64,000 nt of DNA from Eledone cirrhosa (Eukaryota): contig OZ024740.1 of assembly GCA_964016885.1 (NCBI GenBank), forward strand, positions 318,494,001 through 318,558,000, written 5' to 3'. The notes below the pieces were generated by a model that was not told where the DNA came from, ran no database searches, and saw only the letters and a program-made list of their open reading frames with translations. This document shows positions 29,601 to 45,345 of the stretch, one piece after another (position 1 is the first letter of the stretch; the number at the start of each line of letters is the position of its first letter). The position numbers and the translations under genes are program-made.

Positions 29601-31260
29601 GATTGTCTCATCTATTTCCACACCTTACATTCTATCTGACATTCTAACGACTCTACCCATTCGCTGTATTTCTACTACAATACTAACTTCAAATAATCCT
29701 TGATTGTCACGTCTATCTCCACACCTTACATTCTATCTGACATTCTAACGACTCTACCAGTTCGCTGTATTTCTACTACAATACTCACAACAAATAATCC
29801 AGGATTGTCTCGTCTATTTCCACAACTTACATTCTTTCTGACATTCTAATGACTCTACCAATTCGCTGTCTTTCTACTACAATACTCACAACAAATAATC
29901 CAGGATTGTCTCGTCTATTTCCACAACTTACATTCTATCTGACATTCTAACGACTCTAGCAATTCGAAGTCTTTCTACTACAATACTAACTTTAAATAAT
30001 CCAGGATTGTCTCCTCTATTTCCACAACTTACATTCTATCTGACATTCTAACGACTCTACCAATTCGAAGTCTTTCTACTACAATACTAACTTTAAATAA
30101 TCCAGGATTGTCTCCTCTATTTCCACAACGTACATATTATCTGAAATTCTAACGACTCTACCAATTCGAGGTCTTTCTACTACAATACTCACAACAAATA
30201 ATCCAGGATTGTATAGTCTATTTCTACAACTTACATTCTATCTGACATTCTAACGACTCTACCAATTCGAAGTCTTTCTGCTACAATACTCACAACAAAT
30301 AATCCAGCATTGTCTCGTCTATTTCCACAACTCACATTCTATCTGACATTTTAACGACTCTACCAATTCGAAGTCTTTCTGCTACAATACTAACGTCAAA
30401 TAATCCAGGATTGTCTCGTCCATTTCCACAACTTACATTCTATCTGACATTGTAACGACTCTACCCATTCGCTCTATTTCTACTACAATACTAACTTCAA
30501 ATAATCCAGGATTGTCTCGTCTACATCCACAACTTACATTGTATCTGATATTCTAACGACTCTACCAATTCGAAGTCTTTCTACTACAATACTCACAACA
30601 AATAATCCAGGATTGTCTCGTCTATTTCCACAACTTACATTCTATCTGACATTCTAATGACTCTACCAATTCGCTGTCTTTCTACTACAATACTCACAAC
30701 AAATAATCCAGGATTGTCTCGTCTATTTCCACAACTTACATTCTATCTGACATTTTAACGACTCTACCATTTCGAAGTCTTTCTACTACAATACTAACGT
30801 CAAATAATCCAGGATTGTCTCCACTATTTCCACAACTTACTTTCTACCTGACATTCTAACGACTCTACCAATTCGATGTCTTTCTACTACAATACTCACA
30901 ACAGATAATCCAGGATTGTATCGTCTATTTCTACAACGTACATTCTATCTGACATTCTAACGACTCTACCAATTCGCTGTATTTATACTACAATACTAAC
31001 GTCAAATAATCCAGGATTGTCTCGACCATTTCCACAACTTACATTCTATCTGACATTCTGACGACTCTACCAATCCGAAGTCTATCTATTACAATACTAA
31101 CAACAAATAATCTAGGATTGTCTCGTCTATTTCCACAACTTACATACTATCTGACATTCAAACGACTCTACCAATTCGAAGTCTTTCTACTACAATACTC
31201 ACAACAAATAATCCAGGATTGTCTCATCTATTTCCACACCTTACATTCTATCTGACATTC
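23640..31260. repeat. HOR run of 20-, 19- and 16-monomer units
   Basis: Marker gacattGtaac at 24891, 26911, 28830 and 30446 (offsets 2020, 1919, 1616). Marker attcCctgtGttt at about 24309, 26329 and 28248 gives the same first two offsets. Confidence 0.85.
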
Positions 31261-34200
31261 TAACGACTCTACCAATTCGATGTATTTCTACTACAATACT
31301 AACTTTAAATAATCCAGGATTGTCTCGTCTATTTCCACAACTTACATTCTTTCTGACATTCTAATGACTCTACCAATTCGCTGTCTTTCTACTACAATAC
31401 TCACAACAAATAATCCAGGATTGTCTCGTCTATTTCCACAACTTACATTCTATCTGACATTCTAACGACTCTAGCAATTCGAAGTCTTTCTACTACAATA
31501 CTAACTTTAAATAATCCAGGATTGTCTCCTCTATTTCCACAACTTACATTCTATCTGTCATTCTAACGACTCTACCAATTCGATGTCTTTCTACTACAAT
31601 ACTCACGACAAATAATCCAGGATTGTCTCGTCTATCTCCACACCTTACATTCTATCTGACATTCTAACGACTCTACCAGTTCGCTGTATTTCTACTGAAA
31701 TACTAACTTCAAATAATCCAGGATTGTCTCGTCGATTTCCACAACTTACATTCTATCTGATATTCTAACGACTCTACCAATTTGAAGTCTTTCTACTACA
31801 ATACTAACTTTAAACAATCCAGGATTGTCTCGTCCATTTCCACAACTTACATTCTATCTGACATTCTAACGACTCTACCAATTCGCTGTCTTTCTACTAC
31901 AATACTCACAACAAATAATCCAGGATTGTCTCGTCTATTTCCACAACTTACATTCTTTCTGACATTCTAATGACTCTACCAATTCGCTGTCTTTCTACTA
32001 CAATACTCACAACAAATAATCCAGGATTGTCTCGTCTATTTCCACAACTTACATTCTAACTGACATTTTAACGACTCTACCAATTCGAATTCTTTCTACT
32101 ACAATACTAACTTTAAATAATCCAGGATTGTCTCCTCTATTTCCACAACTTACATTCTATCTGATATTCTAACGACTCTACCCATTCGCTGTATTTCTAC
32201 TACAATACTCACAACAAATTATCCAGGATTGTCTCGTCTATTTCCACACCTTACATTCTATCTGACATTCTAACGACTCTACCAGTTCGCTGTATTTCTA
32301 CTACAATACTAACTTTAAATAATCCAGGATTGTCTCGTCTATTTCCACAACTTACATTCTATCTGACATTCTAACGACTCTACCAATTCGAAGTCTTTCT
32401 ACTACAATACTAACTTTAAATAATCCAGGATTGTCTCGTCTATCTCCAGACCTTACATTCTATCTGACATTCTAACGACTCTACCAATTCGAAGTCTTTC
32501 TGCTACAATACTCACAACAAATAATCCAGGATTGTCTCGTCTATTTCCACACCTTACATTCTATCTGACATTCTAACGACTCTACCTATTCGATGTATTT
32601 CTACTACAATACTCACAACAAATAATCCAGCATTGTCTCGTCTATTTCCACAACTTACTTTCTATCTGACATTCTAACGACTCTACCAATTCGAAGTCTT
32701 TCTACTACAATACTCACAACAAATATTCCAGGATTGTCTGGTCTATTTCCACAACTTACATTCTATCTGACGTTCTAACCACTCTATCAATTCGAAGTCT
32801 TTCTACTACAATACTAACTTTAAATAATCCAGGATTGTCTCCTCTATTTCCACAACTTACATTCTATCTGACATTCTAACGACTCTACCAATTCGATGTC
32901 TTTCTACTACAATACTCACAACAAATAATCCAGGATTGTCTCGTCTATCTCCACACCTTACGTTCTATCTGACATTCTAACGACTCTACCAGTTCGCTAT
33001 ATTTCTACTACAATACTAACTTCAAATAATCCAGGATTGTCTCGTCTATTTCCACAACTTACATTCTATCTGATATTCTAACGACTCTACCAATTCGAAG
33101 TCTTTCTACTACAATACTCACAACAAATAATCCAGGATTGTCTCATCTATTTCCACACCTTACATTCTATCTGACATTCTAACGACTCTACCCATTCGCT
33201 GTATTTCTACTACAATACTAACTTCAAATAATCCATGATTGTCACGTCTATCTCCACACCTTACATTCTATCTGACATTCTAACGACTCTACCAGTTCGC
33301 TGTATTTCTACAACAATACTCACAACAAATTATCCAGGATTGTCTCGTCTATTTCCACAACTTACATTCTTTCTGACATTCTAATGACTCTACCAATTCC
33401 CTGTGTTTCTACTACAATACTCACAACAAATAATCCAGGATTGTCTCGTCTATTTCCACAACTTACATTCTATCTGACATTCTAACGACTCTACCAATTC
33501 GAAGTCTTTCTACTACAATACTAACTTTAAATAATCCAGGATTGTCTCCTCTATTTCCACAACTTACATATTATCTGAAATTCTAACGACTCTACCAATT
33601 CGATGTCTTTCTACTACAATACTCACAACAAATAATCCAGGATTGTATAGTCTATTTCTACAACTTACATTCTATCTGACATTCTAACGACTCTACCAAT
33701 TCGAAGTCTTTCTGCTACAATACTCACAACAAATAATCCAGCATTGTCTCGTCTATTTCCACAACTCACATTCTACCTGACATTTTAACGACTCTATCAA
33801 TTCGAAGTCTTTCTACTACAATACTAACGTCAAATAATCCAGGATTGTCTCGTCCATTTCCACAACTTACATTCTATCTGACATTCTAACGACTCTACCA
33901 ATTCGAAGTCTATCTATTACAATACTAACAACAAATAATCTAGGATTGTCTCGTCTATTTCCACAACTTACATTCTATCTGACATTCTAACGACTCTACC
34001 CATTCGCTCTATTTCTACTACAATACTAACTTCAAATAATCCAGGATTGTCTCGTCTACATCCACAACTTACATTGTATCTGATATTCTAACGACTCTAC
34101 CAATTCGAAGTCTTTCTACTACAATACTCACAACAAATAATCCAGGATTGTCTCGTCTATTTCCACAACTTACATTCTATCTGACATTCTAATGACTCTA

Positions 34201-34432
34201 CCAATTCGCTGTCTTTCTACTACAATACTCACAACAAATAATCCATGATTGTCTCGTCTATTTCCACAACTTACATTCTATCTGACATTCTAACGACTCT
34301 AGCAATTCGAAGTCTTTCTACTACAATACTAACTTCAAATAATCCAGGATTGTCTCGTCTATTTCCACAACTTACATTCTATCTGATATTCTAACGACTC
34401 TACCAATTTGAAGTATTTCTACTACAATACTA
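26050..34432. repeat. Large tandem duplication 1, left copy (83 monomers, 8383 bp)
   Basis: Rare variants recur at +8383: ataatccaAg 26461/34844, tAgatgtc 26631/35014, ORF 31782/40165. After 32367 the offset becomes +8685 (ccaga 32446/41131; 34396/43081). Confidence 0.9.
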
Positions 34433-37400
34433 ACAACAAATAATCCAGGATTGTCTCATCTATTTCCACACCTTACATTCTATCTGACATTCTAACGACT
34501 CTACCCATTCGCTGTATTTCTACTACAATACTAACTTCAAATAATCCATGATTGTCACGTCTATCTCCACACCTTACATTCTATCTGACATTCTAACGAC
34601 TCTACCAGTTCGCTGTATTTCTACAACAATACTCACAACAAATAATCCAGGATTGTCTCGTCTATTTCCACAACTTACATTCTTTCTGACATTCTAATGA
34701 CTCTACCAATTCCCTGTGTTTCTACTACAATACTCACAACAAATAATCCAGGATTGTCTCGTCTATTTCCACAACTTACATTCTATCTGACATTCTAACG
34801 ACTCTACCAATTCGAAGTCTTTCTACTACAATACTAACTTTAAATAATCCAAGATTGTCTCCTCTATTTCCACAACTTACATTCTATCTGACATTCTAAC
34901 GACTCTACCAATTCGAAGTCTTTCTACTACAATACTAACTTTAAATAATCCAGGATTGTCTCCTCTATTTCCACAACTTACATATTATCTGAAATTCTAA
35001 CGACTCTACCAATTAGATGTCTTTCTACTACAATACTCACAACAAATAATCCAGGATTGTATAGTCTATCTCTACAACTTACATTCTATCTGACATTCTA
35101 ACGATTCTACCAATTCGAAGTCTTTCTGCTACAATACTCACAACAAATAATCCAGCATTGTCTCGTCTATTTCCACAACTCACATTCTATCTGACATTTT
35201 AACGACTCTACCAATTCGAAGTCTTTCTGCTACAATACTAACGTCAAATAATCCAGGATTGTCTCGTCCATTTCCACAACTTACATTCTATCTGACATTG
35301 TAACGACTCTACCCATTCGCTCTATTTCTACTACAATACTAACTTCAAATAATCCAGGATTGTCTCGTCTACATCCACAACTTACATTGTATCTGATATT
35401 CTAACGACTCTACCAATTCGAAGTCTTTCTACTACAATACTCACAACAAATAATCCAGGATTGTCTCGTCTATTTCCACAACTTACATTCTATCTGACAT
35501 TCTAATGACTCTACCAATTCGCTGTCTTTCTACTACAATACTCACAACAAATAATCCAGGATTGTCTCGTCTATTTCCACAACTTACATTCTATCTGACA
35601 TTTTAACGACTCTACCATTTCGAAGTCTTTCTACTACAATACTAACGTCAAATAATCCAGGATTGTCTCCACTATTTCCACAACTTACTTTCTACCTGAC
35701 ATTCTAACGACTCTACCAATTCGATGTCTTTCTACTACAATACTCACAACAGATAATCCAGGATTGTATCGTCTATTTCTACAACGTACATTCTATCTGA
35801 CATTCTAACGACTCTACCAATTCGCTGTATTTATACTACAATACTAACGTCAAATAATCCAGGATTGTCTCGACCATTTCCACAACTTACATTCTATCTG
35901 ACATTCTGACGACTCTACCAATTCGAAGTCTATCTATTACAATACTAACAACAAATAATCTAGGATTGTCTCGTCTATTTCCACAACTTACATACTATCT
36001 GACATTCAAACGACTCTACCAATTCGAAGTCTTTCTACAACAATACTCACAACAAATAATCCAGGATTGTCTCGTCTATCTCCACACCTTACGTTCTATC
36101 TGACATTCTAACGACTCTACCAGTTCGCTATATTTCTACTACAATACTAACTTCAAATAATCCAGGATTGTCTCGTCTATTTCCACAACTTACATTCTAT
36201 CTGATATTCTAACGACTCTACCAATTTGAAGTATTTTTACTACAATACTAACAACAAATAATCTAGGATTGTCTCGTCTATTTCCACAACTTACATACTA
36301 TCTGACATTCAAACGACTCTACCAATTCGAAGTCTTTCTACTACAATACTCACAACAAATAATCCAAGATTGTCTCATCTATTTCCACACCTTACATTCT
36401 ATCTGACATTCTAACGACTCTACCCATTCGCTGTATTTCTACTACAATACTAACTTCAAATAATCCATGATTGTCACGTCTATCTCCACACCTTACATTC
36501 TATCTGACATTCTAACGACTCTACCAGTTCGCTGTATTTCTACAACAATACTCACAACAAATAATCCAGGATTGTCTCGTCTATTTCCACAACTTACATT
36601 CTTTCTGACATTCTAATGACTCTACCAATTCCCTGTGTTTCTACTACAATACTCACAACAAATAATCCAGGATTGTCTCGTCTATTTCCACAACTTACAT
36701 TCTATCTGACATTCTAACGACTCTACCAATTCGAAGTCTTTCTACTACAATACTAACTTTAAATAATCCAGGATTGTCTCCTCTATTTCCACAACTTACA
36801 TTCTATCTGACATTCTAACGACTCTACCAATTCGAAGTCTTTCTACTACAATACTAACTTTAAATAATCCAGGATTGTCTCCTCTATTTCCACAACTTAC
36901 ATATTATCTGAAATTCTAACGACTCTACCAATTCGATGTCTTTCTACTACAATACTCACAACAAATAATCCAGGATTGTATAGTCTATCTCTACAACTTA
37001 CATTCTATCTGACATTCTAACGACTCTACCAATTCGAAGTCTTTCTGCTACAATACTCACAACAAATAATCCAGCATTGTCTCGTCTATTTCCACAACTC
37101 ACATTCTATCTGACATTTTAACGACTCTACCAATTCGAAGTCTTTCTGCTACAATACTAACGTCAAATAATCCAGGATTGTCTCGTCCATTTCCACAACT
37201 TACATTCTATCTGACATTGTAACGACTCTACCCATTCGCTCTATTTCTACTACAATACTAACTTCAAATAATCCAGGATTGTCTCGTCTACATCCACAAC
37301 TTACATTGTATCTGATATTCTAACGACTCTACCAATTCGAAGTCTTTCTACTACAATACTCACAACAAATAATCCAGGATTGTCTCGTCTATTTCCACAA

Positions 37401-40400
37401 CTTACATTCTATCTGACATTCTAATGACTCTACCAATTCGCTGTCTTTCTACTACAATACTCACAACAAATAATCCAGGATTGTCTCGTCTATTTCCACA
37501 ACTTACATTCTATCTGACATTTTAACGACTCTACCATTTCGAAGTCTTTCTACTACAATACTAACGTCAAATAATCCAGGATTGTCTCCACTATTTCCAC
37601 AACTTACTTTCTACCTGACATTCTAACGACTCTACCAATTCGATGTCTTTCTACTACAATACTCACAACAGATAATCCAGGATTGTATCGTCTATTTCTA
37701 CAACGTACATTCTATCTGACATTCTAACGACTCTACCAATTCGCTGTATTTATACTACAATACTAACGTCAAATAATCCAGGATTGTCTCGACCATTTCC
37801 ACAACTTACATTCTATCTGACATTCTGACGACTCTACCAATTCGAAGTCTATCTATTACAATACTAACAACAAATAATCTAGGATTGTCTCGTCTATTTC
37901 CACAACTTACATACTATCTGACATTCAAACGACTCTACCAATTCGAAGTCTTTCTACTACAATACTCACAACAAATAATCCAGGATTGTCTCATCTATTT
38001 CCACACCTTACATTCTATCTGACATTCTAACGACTCTACCCATTCGCTGTATTTCTACTACAATACTAACTTCAAATAATCCTTGATTGTCACGTCTATC
38101 TCCACACCTTACATTCTATCTGACATTCTAACGACTCTACCAGTTCGCTGTATTTCTACTACAATACTCACAACAAATAATCCAGGATTGTCTCGTCTAT
38201 TTCCACAACTTACATTCTTTCTGACATTCTAATGACTCTACCAATTCGCTGTCTTTCTACTACAATACTCACAACAAATAATCCAGGATTGTCTCGTCTA
38301 TTTCCACAACTTACATTCTATCTGACATTCTAACGACTCTAGCAATTCGAAGTCTTTCTACTACAATACTAACTTTAAATAATCCAGGATTGTCTCCTCT
38401 ATTTCCACAACTTACATTCTATCTGACATTCTAACGACTCTACCAATTCGAAGTCTTTCTACTACAATACTAACTTTAAATAATCCAGGATTGTCTCCTC
38501 TATTTCCACAACGTACATATTATCTGAAATTCTAACGACTCTACCAATTCGAGGTCTTTCTACTACAATACTCACAACAAATAATCCAGGATTGTATAGT
38601 CTATTTCTACAACTTACATTCTATCTGACATTCTAACGACTCTACCAATTCGAAGTCTTTCTGCTACAATACTCACAACAAATAATCCAGCATTGTCTCG
38701 TCTATTTCCACAACTCACATTCTATCTGACATTTTAACGACTCTACCAATTCGAAGTCTTTCTGCTACAATACTAACGTCAAATAATCCAGGATTGTCTC
38801 GTCCATTTCCACAACTTACATTCTATCTGACATTGTAACGACTCTACCCATTCGCTCTATTTCTACTACAATACTAACTTCAAATAATCCAGGATTGTCT
38901 CGTCTACATCCACAACTTACATTGTATCTGATATTCTAACGACTCTATCAATTCGAAGTCTTTCTACTACAATACTCACAACAAATAATCCAGGATTGTC
39001 TCGTCTATTTCCACAACTTACATTCTATCTGACATTCTAATGACTCTACCAATTCGCTGTCTTTCTACTACAATACTCACAACAAATAATCCAGGATTGT
39101 CTCGTCTATTTCCACAACTTACATTCTATCTGACATTTTAACGACTCTACCATTTCGAAGTCTTTCTACTACAATACTAACGTCAAATAATCCAGGATTG
39201 TCTCCACTATTTCCACAACTTACTTTCTACCTGACATTCTAACGACTCTACCAATTCGATGTCTTTCTACTACAATACTCACAACAGATAATCCAGGATT
39301 GTATCGTCTATTTCTACAACGTACATTCTATCTGACATTCTAACGACTCTACCAATTCGCTGTATTTATACTACAATACTAACGTCAAATAATCCAGGAT
39401 TGTCTCGACCATTTCCACAACTTACATTCTATCTGACATTCTGACGACTCTACCAATCCGAAGTCTATCTATTACAATACTAACAACAAATAATCTAGGA
39501 TTGTCTCGTCTATTTCCACAACTTACATACTATCTGACATTCAAACGACTCTACCAATTCGAAGTCTTTCTACTACAATACTCACAACAAATAATCCAGG
39601 ATTGTCTCATCTATTTCCACACCTTACATTCTATCTGACATTCTAACGACTCTACCAATTCGATGTATTTCTACTACAATACTAACTTTAAATAATCCAG
39701 GATTGTCTCGTCTATTTCCACAACTTACATTCTTTCTGACATTCTAATGACTCTACCAATTCGCTGTCTTTCTACTACAATACTCACAACAAATAATCCA
39801 GGATTGTCTCGTCTATTTCCACAACTTACATTCTATCTGACATTCTAACGACTCTAGCAATTCGAAGTCTTTCTACTACAATACTAACTTTAAATAATCC
39901 AGGATTGTCTCCTCTATTTCCACAACTTACATTCTATCTGTCATTCTAACGACTCTACCAATTCGATGTCTTTCTACTACAATACTCACGACAAATAATC
40001 CAGGATTGTCTCGTCTATCTCCACACCTTACATTCTATCTGACATTCTAACGACTCTACCAGTTCGCTGTATTTCTACTGAAATACTAACTTCAAATAAT
40101 CCAGGATTGTCTCGTCGATTTCCACAACTTACATTCTATCTGATATTCTAACGACTCTACCAATTTGAAGTCTTTCTACTACAATACTAACTTTAAACAA
40201 TCCAGGATTGTCTCGTCCATTTCCACAACTTACATTCTATCTGACATTCTAACGACTCTACCAATTCGCTGTCTTTCTACTACAATACTCACAACAAATA
40301 ATCCAGGATTGTCTCGTCTATTTCCACAACTTACATTCTTTCTGACATTCTAATGACTCTACCAATTCGCTGTCTTTCTACTACAATACTCACAACAAAT

Positions 40401-43136
40401 AATCCAGGATTGTCTCGTCTATTTCCACAACTTACATTCTAACTGACATTTTAACGACTCTACCAATTCGAATTCTTTCTACTACAATACTAACTTTAAA
40501 TAATCCAGGATTGTCTCCTCTATTTCCACAACTTACATTCTATCTGATATTCTAACGACTCTACCCATTCGCTGTATTTCTACTACAATACTCACAACAA
40601 ATTATCCAGGATTGTCTCGTCTATTTCCACACCTTACATTCTATCTGACATTCTAACGACTCTACCAGTTCGCTGTATTTCTACTACAATACTAACTTTA
40701 AATAATCCAGGATTGTCTCGTCTATTTCCACAACTTACATTCTATCTGATATTCTAACGACTCTACCCATTCGCTGTATTTCTACTAAAATACTAACTTT
40801 AAGTAATCCATATTGTCTCGTCTATTTCCACAACTTACATTCTATCTGACATTCAAACGACTTTATCAATTCGAAGTCTTTCTACTAGAATACTAACGTC
40901 AAATAATCCAGGATTGTCTCGTCTATTTCCACAACTTACTTTCTATCTGACATTCTAACGACTCTACCAATTCGAAGTCTTTCTACTACAATACTCACAA
41001 CAAATATTCCAGGATTGTCTGGTCTATTTCCACAACTTACATTCTATCTGACATTCTAACGACTCTACCAATTCGAAGTCTTTCTACTACAATACTAACT
41101 TTAAATAATCCAGGATTGTCTCGTCTATCTCCAGACCTTACATTCTATCTGACATTCTAACGACTCTACCAATTCGAAGTCTTTCTGCTACAATACTCAC
41201 AACAAATAATCCAGGATTGTCTCGTCTATTTCCACACCTTACATTCTATCTGACATTCTAACGACTCTACCTATTCGATGTATTTCTACTACAATACTCA
41301 CAACAAATAATCCAGCATTGTCTCGTCTATTTCCACAACTTACTTTCTATCTGACATTCTAACGACTCTACCAATTCGAAGTCTTTCTACTACAATACTC
41401 ACAACAAATATTCCAGGATTGTCTGGTCTATTTCCACAACTTACATTCTATCTGACGTTCTAACCACTCTATCAATTCAAAGTCTTTCTACTACAATACT
41501 AACTTTAAATAATCCAGGATTGTCTCCTCTATTTCCACAACTTACATTCTATCTGACATTCTAACGACTCTACCAATTCGATGTCTTTCTACTACAATAC
41601 TCACAACAAATAATCCAGGATTGTCTCGTCTATCTCCACACCTTACGTTCTATCTGACATTCTAACGACTCTACCAGTTCGCTATATTTCTACTACAATA
41701 CTAACTTCAAATAATCCAGGATTGTCTCGTCTATTTCCACAACTTACATTCTATCTGATATTCTAACGACTCTACCAATTCGAAGTCTTTCTACTACAAT
41801 ACTCACAACAAATAATCCAGGATTGTCTCATCTATTTCCACACCTTACATTCTATCTGACATTCTAACGACTCTACCCATTCGCTGTATTTCTACTACAA
41901 TACTAACTTCAAATAATCCATGATTGTCACGTCTATCTCCACACCTTACATTCTATCTGACATTCTAACGACTCTACCAGTTCGCTGTATTTCTACAACA
42001 ATACTCACAACAAATTATCCAGGATTGTCTCGTCTATTTCCACAACTTACATTCTTTCTGACATTCTAATGACTCTACCAATTCCCTGTGTTTCTACTAC
42101 AATACTCACAACAAATAATCCAGGATTGTCTCGTCTATTTCCACAACTTACATTCTATCTGACATTCTAACGACTCTACCAATTCGAAGTCTTTCTACTA
42201 CAATACTAACTTTAAATAATCCAGGATTGTCTCCTCTATTTCCACAACTTACATATTATCTGAAATTCTAACGACTCTACCAATTCGATGTCTTTCTACT
42301 ACAATACTCACAACAAATAATCCAGGATTGTATAGTCTATTTCTACAACTTACATTCTATCTGACATTCTAACGACTCTACCAATTCGAAGTCTTTCTGC
42401 TACAATACTCACAACAAATAATCCAGCATTGTCTCGTCTATTTCCACAACTCACATTCTACCTGACATTTTAACGACTCTATCAATTCGAAGTCTTTCTA
42501 CTACAATACTAACGTCAAATAATCCAGGATTGTCTCGTCCATTTCCACAACTTACATTCTATCTGACATTCTAACGACTCTACCAATTCGAAGTCTATCT
42601 ATTACAATACTAACAACAAATAATCTAGGATTGTCTCGTCTATTTCCACAACTTACATTCTATCTGACATTCTAACGACTCTACCCATTCGCTCTATTTC
42701 TACTACAATACTAACTTCAAATAATCCAGGATTGTCTCGTCTACATCCACAACTTACATTGTATCTGATATTCTAACGACTCTACCAATTCGAAGTCTTT
42801 CTACTACAATACTCACAACAAATAATCCAGGATTGTCTCGTCTATTTCCACAACTTACATTCTATCTGACATTCTAATGACTCTACCAATTCGCTGTCTT
42901 TCTACTACAATACTCACAACAAATAATCCATGATTGTCTCGTCTATTTCCACAACTTACATTCTATCTGACATTCTAACGACTCTAGCAATTCGAAGTCT
43001 TTCTACTACAATACTAACTTCAAATAATCCAGGATTGTCTCGTCTATTTCCACAACTTACATTCTATCTGATATTCTAACGACTCTACCAATTTGAAGTA
43101 TTTCTACTACAATACTAACAACAAATAATCCAGGAT
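34433..43136. repeat. Large tandem duplication 1, right copy (86 monomers)
   Basis: Same variant order as 26050-34451 plus 302 extra bp at about 40750-41051. I noticed only isolated SNPs (about 38948 and 41479). The match ends at caggatA (43137). Confidence 0.9.
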
Positions 43137-45345
43137 AGTCTCGTCTATTTCTACAACTTACATTCTATCTAACATTCTAACGACTCTACCAATTCGAAGT
43201 CTTTCTACTACAATACTCACAACAAATAATCCAGGATTGTCTCGTCTATTTCCAAAACTTACATTCTATCTCACATTTTAACGAGTCTACCAATTCGCTG
43301 TATTTCTACTACAATACTCACAACAAATAAACCAGTATCGTCTCGTCTATTTCCACAACTTTCATTCTATCTTACATACTAACGACTCTACCAATTCGAA
43401 GTCTTTCTACTACAATACTAACTTTAAACAATCCAGAATTGTCTCCTCTATTTCCACAACTTACATTCTATCTGACATTCTAACGACTCTACCCATTCGC
43501 TGTATTTCTACTACAATACCCACAACAAATAATCCAGGATTGTCTTATCTATTTCCACAACTTACATTCTATCTGATATTCGAACGACTCTACGAATTCG
43601 CTGTCTTTCTACTACAATACTAACGTCAAATAATCCAGGATTGTCTCGTCCATTTCCACAACTTACATTCTATCTGACATTCTAACGACTCTACCAATTC
43701 GCTGTCTTTCTACTACAATACTCACAACAAATAATCCAGGATTGTCTCGTCTATTTCCACAACTTACATTCTAACTGACATTTTAACGACTCTACCAATT
43801 CGAATTCTTTCTACTACAATACTAACTTTAAATAATCCAGGATTGTCTCCTCTATTTCCACAACTTACATTCTATCTGACATTCTAACGACTCTACCAAT
43901 TCGCTGTCTTTCTACTACAATACTCACAACAAATAATCCAGGATTGTCTGGTCTATCTCCAGACCTTACATTCTATCTGACATTCTAACGACTCTACCAG
44001 TTCGCTGTATTTCTACTACAATACTAACTTTAAGTAATCCATATTGTCTCGTCTATTTCCACAACTTACATTCTATCTGACATTCAAACGACTTTATCAA
44101 TTCGAAGTCTTTCTACTAGAATACTAACGTCAAATAATCCAGGATTGTCTCGTCTATTTCCACAACTTACTTTCTATCTGACATTCTAACGACTCTACCA
44201 ATTCGAAGTCTTTCTACTACAATACTCACAACAAATATTCCAGGATTGTCTGGTCTATTTCCACAACTTACATTCTATCTGACATTCTAACGACTCTACC
44301 AATTCGAAGTCTTTCTACTACAATACTAACTTTAAATAATCCAGGATTGTCTCGTCTATCTCCAGACCTTACATTCTATCTGACATTCTAACGAGTCTAC
44401 CAATTCGAAGTCTTTCTGCTACAATACTCACAACAAATAATCCAGGATTGTCTCGTCTATTTCCACACCTTACATTCTATCTGACATTCTAACGACTCTA
44501 CCTATTCGCTGTATTTCTACTACAATACTCACAACAAATAATCCAGCATTGTCTCGTCTATTTCCACAACTCACATTCTATCTGACGTTCTAACGACTCT
44601 ATCAATTCAAAGTCTTTCTACTACAATACTAACTTTAAATAATCCAGGATTGTCTCCTCTATTTCCACAACTTACATTCTATCTGACATTCTAACGACTC
44701 TACCAATTCGATGTCTTTCTACTACAATACTCACAACAAATAATCCAGGATTGTATCGTCTATCTCCACACCTTACGTTCTATCTGACATTCTAACGACT
44801 CTACCAGTTCGCTCTATTTCTACTACAATACTAACTTCAAATAATCCAGGATTGTCTCGTCTATTTCCACAACTTACATTCTATCTGATATTCTAACGAC
44901 TCTACCAATTTGAAGTATTTTTACTACAATACTAACAACAAATAATCCAGGATAGTCTCGTCTATTTCCACAACTTACATTCTATCTGACATTCTAACGA
45001 CTCTACCAATTCGAAGTCTTTCTACTACAATACTCACAACAAATATTCCAGGATTGTCTCGTCTATCTCCAGACCTTACATTCTATCTGACATTCTAACG
45101 ACTCTACCAGTTCGCAGTATTTCTACTACAATACTAACTTTAAACAATCCAGGATTGTCTCCTCTATTTCCACAACTTACATTCTATCTGACATTCTAAC
45201 GACTCTACCAATTCGCTGTATTTCTACTACAATACTAACTTCAAATAATCCAGGATTGCCTTATCTATTTCCACAACTTACATTCTATCTGATATTCGAA
45301 AGACTCTACCAATTCGAAGTCTTTCTACTACAATACTAACGTCAA

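Noticed and set aside
77-40353. Nine short + strand ORFs (62-90 aa) with similar translations
   Set aside because: They are translations of 2-3 satellite monomers. Because 101 is not a multiple of 3 the frame rotates each monomer, and an ORF appears only where a variant removes a stop. Several start at TTG, and there is no recognisable domain or gene context.
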